DNA of 64,000 bases from an uncultured Fidelibacterota bacterium (GTDB taxonomy: Bacteria; Fidelibacterota; UBA8477; JABMPR01): contig CALBFA010000043.1 in the NCBI GenBank assembly GCA_937888365.1, forward strand, positions 12,498 to 76,497, given 5' to 3'. The translations under genes were made by a program, and so were the position numbers. The notes beneath the pieces are model-generated. The model was given only the letters and a program-made list of their open reading frames with translations. It had not been told where the DNA came from and searched no databases. How positions within the stretch are numbered: the stretch's first letter is position 1; every line of letters begins with the position of its first letter. This document shows, one piece after another, positions 46,619-55,984 of this stretch.

Positions 46619-49539
46619 TTTGAATCTCCTTCTACAAGAACTTCAAGTATGGCCGAAGCAGAAAGGGACAAGGAGTCCACATTAGTGAACCGACTCGGGA
46701 TAAATCCACCTGATCCATCGGGGATGCCCTTCATGAAAATTTGTGGTATGATAAATGGCTCCGTTCTAAGATACGTTAAATCCGCTTCATCCAATAAAAC
46801 GCTTGTATCAAAAGGGCCAGGCGTAAGCTCAAGAACCGCTAACGTGTCACCGAGTTCAGGATGTTCGACGAGTTGAGTGGAGTCATTGCTTAGGAGGAGA
46901 ACAACATCAGCTCCGAAAGAAAAATCGTTAACACCCCGTAGAAATAAGGTAAGAGATTGCATCTCTGGCGGTATTTCACTATCACTCATGCTAACTTTCG
47001 CAACGTCCATAGACATTTCAACGGGTTCATTCATTAAAAATACGAGAGGTGCTTCCACCGTGAGAGATCCTGAAACAAATTGATCACTGCGAATAAGACC
47101 TTCCGACGCGCCATCGCCTACACGTGTTGTACCAAAGGCAAGAATTTTAGTCGGATAAATGTTGATGAGTGAAGCGGCGTTGGGAATATGAACGATTGCG
47201 CTATCACCAATATTCCAATTTGAAACGCTGCTGCGCATCGTGTCACCTATATCGTTATAAGAGACAAGGGTTAAGTCGAGAAAAACAGGGATTTCAATTC
47301 CCATATCAAAATTAATAGCGATATTCACTTTTGCAAATTTGAGACCCTCTAACATATCTGGAAATGCAGGGATATCATTTTCGAGGCTATCGATAGCGAC
47401 TTCAATGGGTGAAATAATACCACGAATTTCTTCGAATGCTAAATCACGAATCACAACATCTACAAGAATCGAGTCGCCAAACACAAGGGTCATTTCTTCG
47501 TCACTGGGAATAGAAATGACGGACTGAGTATGAATCATCTGATTGTTACCGTCCAATAAAAGCGTAACACCAGTAAGGGGAATCGTTGTTATTTGATCGT
47601 CTGTTGTATTTTGTATAAGGATTGACTCCGAAAGGGGACTGCCATTTTGATAAAATTCGTTAATTATAAAATCTGTTGTCGCGAGAGCGCCAATTTTATT
47701 TTTAATCGTGAGTTCAATTTCACCCGATGAAAAAACAGCAGAATGAAGTTCGTGATCACTTTCTAAATCAATTTCTGATGAATCGACCATGGCCTCCTGA
47801 GTGAAATAGCCCGTAATGCTAGAGAATGTCATTTCGGAGACTTCAATATCGACTTGAATATCACCTAGTAAATTATAAGAACCTTGTTCGTCGCCTTGTG
47901 TCGTGACATCGGCGCGATAATTAAGCGTTTGGTTCTGGCGAGGCATACGTAGTGTAAAGCCATCCAATTGAATAGGAATAACCGTTTCACCTGGACCAAG
48001 TTGTGTCGGTAGAATACGTAAAGTATCGCCATTGCCATCAAATAATTCGCTTATTATAAGGGTTAAATCCGAGGCGCCGCTCCCCGTTAAATTGATATCA
48101 TTTTGAACCACTACATTAACAGAACCCGTTGAAATACTGGCTTCTAAAAGTTCTGAATCAGATCCTGCGTCAATCGTCCCTGAGAAATACATGTTTTGGG
48201 ATTCGATAATACCAGAAATATTTGAGAATTTAATTTGATCTTCTGTATTTAATCCGAATAGATCAATCGTTACGACGACTGAATCGGTTTCTGAAAGTGT
48301 AATATAATTAGGGTCCGTATCTTCCGTTACAACTGTGTAGGAATATAAAACTTCTTGCGTATTGATGTCCATTACCATTGTATAATTTGCAATATCATTA
48401 TGCGAAAATGCTAGGTCATTTGGAAGAAGGGGAATCACTTGTGTAAATGCGACATCATCAGGGTCAAGAAGAGATGTAATCGTAATAGTAAGCTCAGAGG
48501 CCACCGACATGGCATTATTGATATTTATATCCAATGAACCTTCCTTAATTCCAGCTTCTTCAATTTTATTCGCTGAATCGTCTAGCAAAATACTACCATT
48601 CTCTTCAACTATTTGTGATGGCACTTTCGCGTCGGCTGTTGAAACGACTAAATCATTTGCTCCAATGCCAATTGTAAAAGATGAATTTCTTACGTCTTCA
48701 CTCATTACAACAGTACCGCCTTGTGTACCTTCGGAATGACCTGTAATTTTTACGAGAATGTTGCCAGGCAATGTCTTACCTGCTAATTCCATTGTTTTGG
48801 AACTACTCATGCCAGGAAGTATTATTTCATTCCAGACAAGCGTTGTCCCTGGAATATCGACTCCAAAGGTATCCTGTAAGATAATCGTTACGGGACTGCC
48901 TAATGTCATGACCATATCATTATTAATTGAAATATCGAAGCCACCCGATGTAAACGTAGCGGATTCAAAATCATCAAAATTAAAATGGCGAACAATTGGC
49001 TCAATATCGAATGCGGGTATCTCAAAAGGAGTGTCATCTGGAACGGTTTCGACGGATGTAAAAAGTTCACGAAGTGTAATGGGGTCGGTATTTGAAGGAG
49101 GAATAGAGTCTAATTCTATCGGTCCCATTAATGTGGAAATATGCTTTTGAATGGGATCGACGCCAATGTCTGAAAATGTTACGTTTTCGTTCATGGTAGA
49201 ACCTTGAATCGAAACATCGTCAATTGTTTGACTCATATCCATTGCCATAGCATCTATGGATAGATATTCGCCAACGGAAATCGTATCGATATCAATTGTG
49301 TCCGCTGTAAAAACATATAATAAGGCATCATCAGATAGTGGATTGCCATTTTCGTCCGTTGCTTGACCGTTTAAATCTTGATCAGCGAGTGCTTCAGAGA
49401 GCATGACAGTTTTTTTTATTAATGGAATTTCAATGGTTGTTGTCCATGATGGAACTTTGGGTTCAATCTTCCTCAATTCGCAAGCCGAAAGGGCAAGGAG
49501 AGATATTGTGCTTATAAATAACAGTTTTTTAAATTTCAT
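46615..49539 (-). CDS. 974-aa lipoprotein built from about five tandem ~135-aa repeats, unknown function
   Basis: Lipobox LLALSAC. A recurring signature (acidic-x-h-x-x-A-x-h-x-x-G-x-h-x-h-x-h-x-N) occurs near aa 197, 333, 469, 604 and 735. Confidence 0.6.
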   Translation of the reverse strand: MKFKKLLFISTISLLALSACELRKIEPKVPSWTTTIEIPLIKKTVMLSEALADQDLNGQATDENGNPLSDDALLYVFTADTIDIDTISVGEYLSIDAMAMDMSQTIDDVSIQGSTMNENVTFSDIGVDPIQKHISTLMGPIELDSIPPSNTDPITLRELFTSVETVPDDTPFEIPAFDIEPIVRHFNFDDFESATFTSGGFDISINNDMVMTLGSPVTIILQDTFGVDIPGTTLVWNEIILPGMSSSKTMELAGKTLPGNILVKITGHSEGTQGGTVVMSEDVRNSSFTIGIGANDLVVSTADAKVPSQIVEENGSILLDDSANKIEEAGIKEGSLDININNAMSVASELTITITSLLDPDDVAFTQVIPLLPNDLAFSHNDIANYTMVMDINTQEVLYSYTVVTEDTDPNYITLSETDSVVVTIDLFGLNTEDQIKFSNISGIIESQNMYFSGTIDAGSDSELLEASISTGSVNVVVQNDINLTGSGASDLTLIISELFDGNGDTLRILPTQLGPGETVIPIQLDGFTLRMPRQNQTLNYRADVTTQGDEQGSYNLLGDIQVDIEVSEMTFSSITGYFTQEAMVDSSEIDLESDHELHSAVFSSGEIELTIKNKIGALATTDFIINEFYQNGSPLSESILIQNTTDDQITTIPLTGVTLLLDGNNQMIHTQSVISIPSDEEMTLVFGDSILVDVVIRDLAFEEIRGIISPIEVAIDSLENDIPAFPDMLEGLKFAKVNIAINFDMGIEIPVFLDLTLVSYNDIGDTMRSSVSNWNIGDSAIVHIPNAASLINIYPTKILAFGTTRVGDGASEGLIRSDQFVSGSLTVEAPLVFLMNEPVEMSMDVAKVSMSDSEIPPEMQSLTLFLRGVNDFSFGADVVLLLSNDSTQLVEHPELGDTLAVLELTPGPFDTSVLLDEADLTYLRTEPFIIPQIFMKGIPDGSGGFIPSRFTNVDSLSLSASAILEVLVEGDSK

Positions 49540-49729
49540 TAGGTCTCCGTTTTATATGTGTTTTCCATGGCGCTAAAGTAAACGGCACTTCCTTGTGAGC
49601 CATGTTTTATATCAAGACAAAAAGTAACAATAATATACAAGGAAAATATTGATGCGGAATGGGATCCTTTTTGTTGAATTTTTGACTTTGCTCCATACAT
49701 TCGCTGCAAATATATTAGAAGGAATCCAA

Positions 49730-51106
49730 ATGAAATACCCCCCCGAACCATTTAAAATAAAGACCGTAGAACACATCGCTCGTACCACCGACGCTGAGCG
49801 CCAACAATACATAAAAAATGCGGGATACAATGTTTTTAGTATACCGGCTGAAAAAATTTACATCGATTTATTAACGGATTCAGGAACGTCCGCTATGAGC
49901 GATAAGCAATGGGCTGGCATGATGAATGGTGATGAATCCTACGCAGGAAGTCGTAATTATTTTCATTTTGAAGCAACGATCAAGAAAATATTCGGTTTTA
50001 AACATATTATTCCAACACATCAAGGTCGTGTTGCAGAGAATTTACTTTTCTCGACGATTATAAAACCTGGATATGTGATTCCCAATAATAATCATTTTGA
50101 CACAACGCGGGCGAATATTGAATACAATGGCGGTATCGCGAAGGATTTGGTCAATGATGCGGCAAAAGACACCAATCTAATATTGCCCTTTAAAGGCAAT
50201 ATCGACATACAAAAATTGGAAAGTCTCATTCAAACTGTCGGCCCTGAAAACGTACCGATTGGTATGATTACTATCACCAATAATTCTGGCGGCGGTCAAC
50301 CTGTTTCAATGGAAAATATTCGCGCTACTTCTAAAATGCTTCATAAATACGACATCCCATTTTTTATTGATGCATGTCGATTCGCTGAAAATGCGTGGTT
50401 TATTAAGCAGCGTGAAGGCGGATATGCCGAGAAGCCTATTTTAGAAATTGCGCAAGAAATGTTCTCGTATGCTGACGGCTGTACCATGAGTGCCAAAAAA
50501 GACGGCCTCGTAAACATGGGTGGATTTATGGCCTTAAACGATGACGAACTCGCTCAAAAAGTGACGAATCGACTCATTCTAATTGAAGGATTTCCCACTT
50601 ATGGTGGATTATCGGGTCGTGATTTAGAAGCCATTTCCATAGGTTTAAATGAAGTCTTAGATGAAACGTATCTCGCCTATCGCGTCGGACAAGTCGAGCA
50701 ATTAGGCGAAAAGTTGGCAGCAGCTGGTGTACCCTTCCTTAAACCTACAGGTGGACATGCTGTCTATTTAGATGCGAAAAATTTTCTCCCGCACATCCCT
50801 CAATCAGAATTCCCCGGCATCGCATTAACGGTTGAGCTATACACCCATGCTGGGATTCGAGCCGTTGAGATTGGAAGTCTCATGTTTGCGCAGAAAGACA
50901 TCAAAACGGGGGAAACTATTTTTCCTGATTTAGAACTTGTCCGCTTGGCTATTCCACGACGCGTTTATACCAATAGTCAAATGGATTTTGTCGCTGAAAA
51001 CATTATCGAAATTTTCGAACGTCGTAATGACATCAAAGGGTTTGAAATTGTCAAAGAAGCGCCTGTTTTACGACATTTTACGGCTGAGCTCAAGCCACTA
51101 GCATAA
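49730..51106 (+). CDS. tnaA: Beta-eliminating lyase: tryptophanase-like (tyrosine phenol-lyase not excluded)
   Basis: MKYPPEPFKIKTVE N-terminus, DLLTDSGT, PLP-lysine region SAKKDGLVNMGG, EGFPTYGGLSGRD and VLRHFTAELKPL. ATG 49730 is preferred over the track start 49649. Confidence 0.8.
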   Translation: MKYPPEPFKIKTVEHIARTTDAERQQYIKNAGYNVFSIPAEKIYIDLLTDSGTSAMSDKQWAGMMNGDESYAGSRNYFHFEATIKKIFGFKHIIPTHQGRVAENLLFSTIIKPGYVIPNNNHFDTTRANIEYNGGIAKDLVNDAAKDTNLILPFKGNIDIQKLESLIQTVGPENVPIGMITITNNSGGGQPVSMENIRATSKMLHKYDIPFFIDACRFAENAWFIKQREGGYAEKPILEIAQEMFSYADGCTMSAKKDGLVNMGGFMALNDDELAQKVTNRLILIEGFPTYGGLSGRDLEAISIGLNEVLDETYLAYRVGQVEQLGEKLAAAGVPFLKPTGGHAVYLDAKNFLPHIPQSEFPGIALTVELYTHAGIRAVEIGSLMFAQKDIKTGETIFPDLELVRLAIPRRVYTNSQMDFVAENIIEIFERRNDIKGFEIVKEAPVLRHFTAELKPLA

Positions 51107-51165
51107 GATGATTCTTTTCCTTCGAGATTTTTCTCTGTGGAAATAAAAAGTGGATTTGCACTATT

Positions 51166-51627
51166 TTGCATAGAAAAATTGACATGAAATATCGTTTAGA
51201 ATTAAAACCTCTCGATTTATCCCTACTGAACAAATTGGAGGAAATGGTTTTTGGAGAATCTCGCGTTAATGGAGAGAAGCTGGCTCTTATTGCCCGGAAA
51301 TCGTTTCTTTTTCTGATTGTTTATGATGGGAATCGCCCTATCGGATTTAAACTTGGATATTACATTCGAGATATACAAAAATTCTTTTCTTGGCTAGGCG
51401 GTGTTGATCGCCAATATCGCGGACAGGGAATCGCTACGAACCTGATTGAAATACAAGAAAAGTGGTGCCAAGAAAAAGGATACAAGACAGTGTATTTTAC
51501 AAGTTTTGAACGATTCCCTGAGATGATTTCCTTAGGGCAAAAACAGGGTTATGGCTGCGTTAAATCGGCGCTAGATGATGGCGAAATGAAATATTGGTTC
51601 GAAAAGATTTTGCCTGAAAATGACTAA
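51166..51627 (+). CDS. GNAT family N-acetyltransferase
   Basis: Motif A RQYRGQGIATNLI. Start is TTG 51166 or ATG 51184. Confidence 0.7.
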   Translation: MHRKIDMKYRLELKPLDLSLLNKLEEMVFGESRVNGEKLALIARKSFLFLIVYDGNRPIGFKLGYYIRDIQKFFSWLGGVDRQYRGQGIATNLIEIQEKWCQEKGYKTVYFTSFERFPEMISLGQKQGYGCVKSALDDGEMKYWFEKILPEND

Positions 51628-51714
51628 CGGTGAAACCCATTGATGTTAAAAAAGCTTTCGTCCTGACACGAGAAAAACAATGATAATAAGCCCTCTACGA
51701 TTAGATTCGACGAA

Positions 51715-52617
51715 ATGATGACAGGAGCAAAAATGAAAATCGTTACGCACATAATAATCTTGACCCTATTTTCGCTATCTCTGCTGATGGGACAAAGTGA
51801 AAAAGTCATCGATTTGGAGGAAGTGCATTTCAAAACGGTCACACAACCCTCCGATCCTTTAAGCGATCCCCTGGAGTCTGAAATTAATTCATCGAAACGA
51901 TCGATTCATTATTTAGAGGCTGAATTGGCTCAGCAAAGAAGTCGTCTTCAGGAATTAGATGCTTTAAAGACATCACGCCCTCTTTCAGATAAAGATAGTA
52001 AACGCGTTGCAAATTTGGAAAATAAGGTAGATGAGCTTAATGCCACGATAAATACGCTTAACGAACTTCTCGTCAAGATGTCGGAAAAAGCGACTCAAAA
52101 ACCAACGCCTTCCATATCAAAAAAAGAGATTCAAGAAAATGAATTTCGTCAATTAATTGTTGAAGATAGTTTGCAGCAAATTCGACTTCGTGAACGCCAG
52201 CGACAGATTCGCCATCAACTCGAAACCGTTTCTTTAGAAATCAACGAAATTGCCCAACAAGCAAAAGACCCTGATTCTAAAAAATCCCTTATTAAAAAAT
52301 TAAAGGCGGAACGAGGTTTGGATGTGAAAGATGCAGAACCAGAGCCTCTCAATAGAACGGTTTTAAAAGAAATATCTCGAGCCGAAATTGATGTAGCATC
52401 CATCACCTATGTGCGTGATGGCTTTTCTCTCGACAAAGCGCGTCTGATGGTTTTGGAATCTCTTGACGATGATGATGTTATACGATACTATCAAACCTTG
52501 GAAGACAAAGATCGGTATCGTTTATATGACTTAATGGATAGGCTCCAATACGAAAATAAACTTCCCGTTCGTCAAGCCCGAAAAACAGCGATATACTTTT
52601 TTCTCTACACAGAATGA
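51715..52617 (+). CDS. Secreted coiled-coil protein, unknown function
   Basis: Signal-like MKIVTHIIILTLFSLSLLMGQ, followed by long heptad-like charged stretches. Confidence 0.5.
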   Translation: MMTGAKMKIVTHIIILTLFSLSLLMGQSEKVIDLEEVHFKTVTQPSDPLSDPLESEINSSKRSIHYLEAELAQQRSRLQELDALKTSRPLSDKDSKRVANLENKVDELNATINTLNELLVKMSEKATQKPTPSISKKEIQENEFRQLIVEDSLQQIRLRERQRQIRHQLETVSLEINEIAQQAKDPDSKKSLIKKLKAERGLDVKDAEPEPLNRTVLKEISRAEIDVASITYVRDGFSLDKARLMVLESLDDDDVIRYYQTLEDKDRYRLYDLMDRLQYENKLPVRQARKTAIYFFLYTE

Positions 52618-53531
52618 TTCGATATTTTTGTCTTTTAGCTGTCGTTTTCGTACTAAGTGATTGTTCGCTTTCAAAGGGTGTCCTTTATGATGACGGCGAT
52701 TTAAAAACTGTTTCATTCACAAAGAAAATCGCTTCAAAAAAACTAGCTCATAATGGATATTACAAAGTCGTTGAAAATAAAAATGGCCAAATTCTTTCCG
52801 TAAAAGAGTATGACGCGAAGAATCGTGTTCGAAGCCGTACGACGCAAAAATGGAAAAAAGAAGCGTTGACATCGCGAAGAATTGAGTCCTTTTTTTTAAC
52901 AGGCGGTAAGCAAGCTATCAAAATTTCGCGGTTTAAATACGGCGGCAAAAAAACAAGCGAAACACAAATCTGGTATAATAGAAATGGTTCATTCGAATCA
53001 CGAGACGAGCTGGAATTTGATGGAGACGGACGTGAAATTGTAAAGGAAACGTTCACGATTGGCAGAGTATTGACATCGTCTAAAGAAATATTCTATGATT
53101 ATGAAGGCCGATTGGATAAAGAAAAGCGATATTATTTTAACAAAGATGGCGATGTTTTAGACTATTGGACAACTATTTATGACAATCGTGAGCACATTAT
53201 AAATGAAGAACATTATCTCCCGAATGGAACTCTCGTCGCTTTTTACCGATATACTTATAATCCTACCAACGATTATAAAGAGATGGAAGAAGTCCTTGAT
53301 GTTGAATTGAATCGTTTCATTATTCGATATTTTAATAGTCAAGGGAGTGTCCTTAAGGAAGAAATTCGTAATCGCCAAATGCAATTAAAAAAGAAATACG
53401 AATTCGAATATAATGACGAAGGCGATCTCGTATTGGAAAAGTCATTTGATGCTGCTGGAAAATTAGTCAGTAAGCGTAAACCTAAAAATGAACTTAATTT
53501 TCGTGGACTTCATCTTGTTCGCAAATATTAA
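52614..53531 (+). CDS. Lipoprotein with YD/RHS-like repeats
   Basis: Lipobox VFVLSDC. Repeats include FYDYEGRLDKEKRYYFNKDGDVL and YEFEYNDEGDLVLEKSFDAAGKL. Overlaps the upstream gene by 4 nt. Confidence 0.55.
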   Translation: MIRYFCLLAVVFVLSDCSLSKGVLYDDGDLKTVSFTKKIASKKLAHNGYYKVVENKNGQILSVKEYDAKNRVRSRTTQKWKKEALTSRRIESFFLTGGKQAIKISRFKYGGKKTSETQIWYNRNGSFESRDELEFDGDGREIVKETFTIGRVLTSSKEIFYDYEGRLDKEKRYYFNKDGDVLDYWTTIYDNREHIINEEHYLPNGTLVAFYRYTYNPTNDYKEMEEVLDVELNRFIIRYFNSQGSVLKEEIRNRQMQLKKKYEFEYNDEGDLVLEKSFDAAGKLVSKRKPKNELNFRGLHLVRKY

Positions 53532-53593
53532 AATTTATGCTTTCTAAATAGTATTCAATACTGATTGATACAGATGAAAATGGGAACCCGATA

Positions 53594-54295
53594 GTGTCAT
53601 CGCAAAAATCATCCGCCAAGAAAAAAAGGCAGCAAGGTTTAATGTTGTTTTTGATTCGCCATTTGGGCAAATGGTTTGCAAAGGGACTGTATTTCTCCTT
53701 AAAACTCGAACGCATTGGTTTTGAACAAATTGACAATCATTTGGACAAGAATCAACCCGTAATAATTGCAGTTTGGCATGGCGATATGCTTATGCCGTGG
53801 GTTGAAATTGGTCCTTATAAACCAGCTGCCATTGTAAGCTTGCATAGTGATGGCGATTTTGCGTCCACGATGCTCGTGGCATTAGGGTTTTCAACATTTC
53901 GAGGTTCTAGCAATAAAGGAGGACGAGAAGCATTTTCTAAAATGATGCGTCACGTCAAAAAAATGGAACGCCCCATTGCAGCTTTTGCTGTGGATGGACC
54001 AAAAGGTCCAAGGCGGGTCATGAAACCTGGCATTTTAAGCGCAGCAAGATTGATGAAAGGTGTTATCATACCTGTCACATTTAGTGCGGAGAAAATATGG
54101 AGAGCATCGCGTTCTTGGGATAAATTTGTTGTCCCTAAACCGTTTAGCCGTGCAAAAATAGTGTTTGGCGAGGCTAGTAGCATACCCGAAAACATGTCGG
54201 TTGAGGAGCAGGAAAAATTTCTGTTATCCATTTCAAATAAGTTTGCTAAAGAGCAGTTGGAATTGGAACACGAGATGGGTCACACTTTTTCATAA
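53594..54295 (+). CDS. DUF374 lysophospholipid-acyltransferase-like protein
   Basis: VWHGDML, SLHSDGDFAS..LGFSTFRGSSNKGG and FAVDGPKGPRR are characteristic of DUF374. It has the typical position directly upstream of lpxK. Confidence 0.8.
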   Translation: MSSQKSSAKKKRQQGLMLFLIRHLGKWFAKGLYFSLKLERIGFEQIDNHLDKNQPVIIAVWHGDMLMPWVEIGPYKPAAIVSLHSDGDFASTMLVALGFSTFRGSSNKGGREAFSKMMRHVKKMERPIAAFAVDGPKGPRRVMKPGILSAARLMKGVIIPVTFSAEKIWRASRSWDKFVVPKPFSRAKIVFGEASSIPENMSVEEQEKFLLSISNKFAKEQLELEHEMGHTFS

Positions 54296-54298
54296 GAG

Positions 54299-55276
54299 AT
54301 GAAATCGCTTTCACTCATAATACGAATCCCGACTTCCTTCCTTTTTCTAGGTCTCGTCTTATTACGAAATTATTTTTATAAGAAGGGCCTTTTCAAAACG
54401 CATTCTGTTTCAGTCCCCGTTATAAGTGTTGGCAATATTTCTGTTGGCGGGACAGGAAAAACCCTCGTTGTAGAAGCCCTCGCGAATTGGTTGCAATCTC
54501 AAGGAAAAATCCCTGCAATTTTATCCCGGGGATATGGTCGGATTTCAAAAGGATACATTTTAGTAAGCCAAGGGATGGGGCCCTTGGTAAGCCAAGAAAT
54601 TTCTGGCGATGAGCCATTTTTACTTGCCCTGAATTTGAAGGGCATCGCAATTGCCGTCTGTGAGAACCGCGTTGTAGGGGCTTCTCAACTCATTGATGAC
54701 ACGAAATGCGACGTTATCTTACTTGATGATGGCTTTCAGCACCGCCGAATTTATCGAAATATTGATATCGCCATCCGAAATAGCGATTCAAAAATGCAAC
54801 ACTTATTACCATGGGGGACATTACGAGAGCCACTCGATTCTTTAAAAAGAGCGGATATTGTTTTTTATATAAAATCAAAGCCTGAATGGATTCGAGACGA
54901 ATTCTATTTAGAATTAAAATACTCTTCAGAACTCATTCAATTTGAAACGGAAATAATTGATGTGCAATCTCTTAAGGGGAAAAATATTGTCGCATTTTGT
55001 GGCATTGGTAAGCCTCACTATTTTTATAAGGCTCTGAAAGATTTAAAGATTCAAGTAAATCATGAGATGACATTTCGAGACCATCAGCAATATGGGAACG
55101 AAGCGTTGGAAACGATTGCTTCTCTTTCTAGCGATATAATAATTACAACACAGAAAGATTTTATTAAGCTCCCATCATCTTTTGTACAAAAGAATACTGT
55201 TTATTATTTAAGAGTAAATGTCGTTTTAAGTGAGAAAAATAAAATATTGTTAAATTCGGTTATTAGTGACGCTTAA
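54299..55276 (+). CDS. lpxK: Tetraacyldisaccharide 4'-kinase
   Basis: VISVGNISVGGTGKT P-loop, SRGYGR, and LLDDGFQH. Confidence 0.85.
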   Translation: MKSLSLIIRIPTSFLFLGLVLLRNYFYKKGLFKTHSVSVPVISVGNISVGGTGKTLVVEALANWLQSQGKIPAILSRGYGRISKGYILVSQGMGPLVSQEISGDEPFLLALNLKGIAIAVCENRVVGASQLIDDTKCDVILLDDGFQHRRIYRNIDIAIRNSDSKMQHLLPWGTLREPLDSLKRADIVFYIKSKPEWIRDEFYLELKYSSELIQFETEIIDVQSLKGKNIVAFCGIGKPHYFYKALKDLKIQVNHEMTFRDHQQYGNEALETIASLSSDIIITTQKDFIKLPSSFVQKNTVYYLRVNVVLSEKNKILLNSVISDA

Positions 55277-55314
55277 AGGATTTACGGCTTCTTTAGTATA
55301 TAAAGATGGCGTGA

Positions 55315-55947
55315 TTAGGGCTTTAATAAAAGGACCCCAAAACTTTTTAATTCTTTTTCGAGTATTTTTGGAGACACATTACCTAAAAGTATTGCGAGAT
55401 GTCTTTTAAATTTTTCGCTATGATTTTTGACACCTACATGCGCCAACTCATGCAAAATAACGTAATCCATCAAGCGCACGGGTAATCGCGCTAGATGAAT
55501 ATTGAGATTTATATTATTCGCCGCTGAGCAAGAACCCCAACGCGTTTTCTGTCTCCGGATGCTGACTTTTTTATACGTAATATTATGAAAATCTGCTAGA
55601 ATCTCGAGACGGTTTTTAATTCTGTCTTTTGCAACAGCCTCGATTGGAAGGGGGAATTGTGTATTAAGTTTTTCATACCTATTTTCCAACTCCTGGGCAT
55701 TTTGTTGCTGAGTTAATATCCATTGAGTGTGAGTTTGTACAAAATCGATGGCTCTTTTCAAAGAGATAGAGCGTGGCTTTGTTACGATGACACCTTCAAA
55801 GGCTTTTACTTGAATACGGAGGGATTTGGCTCTAGGAATTGTTTTTATGTGGACATTCCCTATGCCCTCAATCGTTTTGCAAGCCCATTGATTTTTAACT
55901 TTTTTTATAGGATTATGACGAAACTTCTGGAAAATATTGTCAAGCAT
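55315..55947 (-). CDS. YgjP-like (DUF45/M48-type) metal-dependent hydrolase
   Basis: RWGSCS motif and HELAH zinc motif (ILHELAHVGVKNHS). Confidence 0.75.
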   Translation of the reverse strand: MLDNIFQKFRHNPIKKVKNQWACKTIEGIGNVHIKTIPRAKSLRIQVKAFEGVIVTKPRSISLKRAIDFVQTHTQWILTQQQNAQELENRYEKLNTQFPLPIEAVAKDRIKNRLEILADFHNITYKKVSIRRQKTRWGSCSAANNINLNIHLARLPVRLMDYVILHELAHVGVKNHSEKFKRHLAILLGNVSPKILEKELKSFGVLLLKP

Positions 55948-55984
55948 TGTGCTTGCTACGAAGGCGTTTGAGTATCGACGTTAT

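Noticed and set aside
48758-49150. 130-aa + strand ORF (and other + strand ORFs between 46649 and 48739) inside the 974-aa lipoprotein gene
   Set aside because: All are antisense to one uninterrupted 974-codon frame that has a lipobox and regular internal repeats. Their Ser/Ile-rich low-complexity translations are typical of the opposite strand of a Asp/Glu/Thr-rich gene.
49649-49729. 27-aa N-terminal extension of the tryptophanase-like gene
   Set aside because: Homologues start at the M-x-x-P-x-E-P-F-[KR]-I motif, which here begins at ATG 49730.
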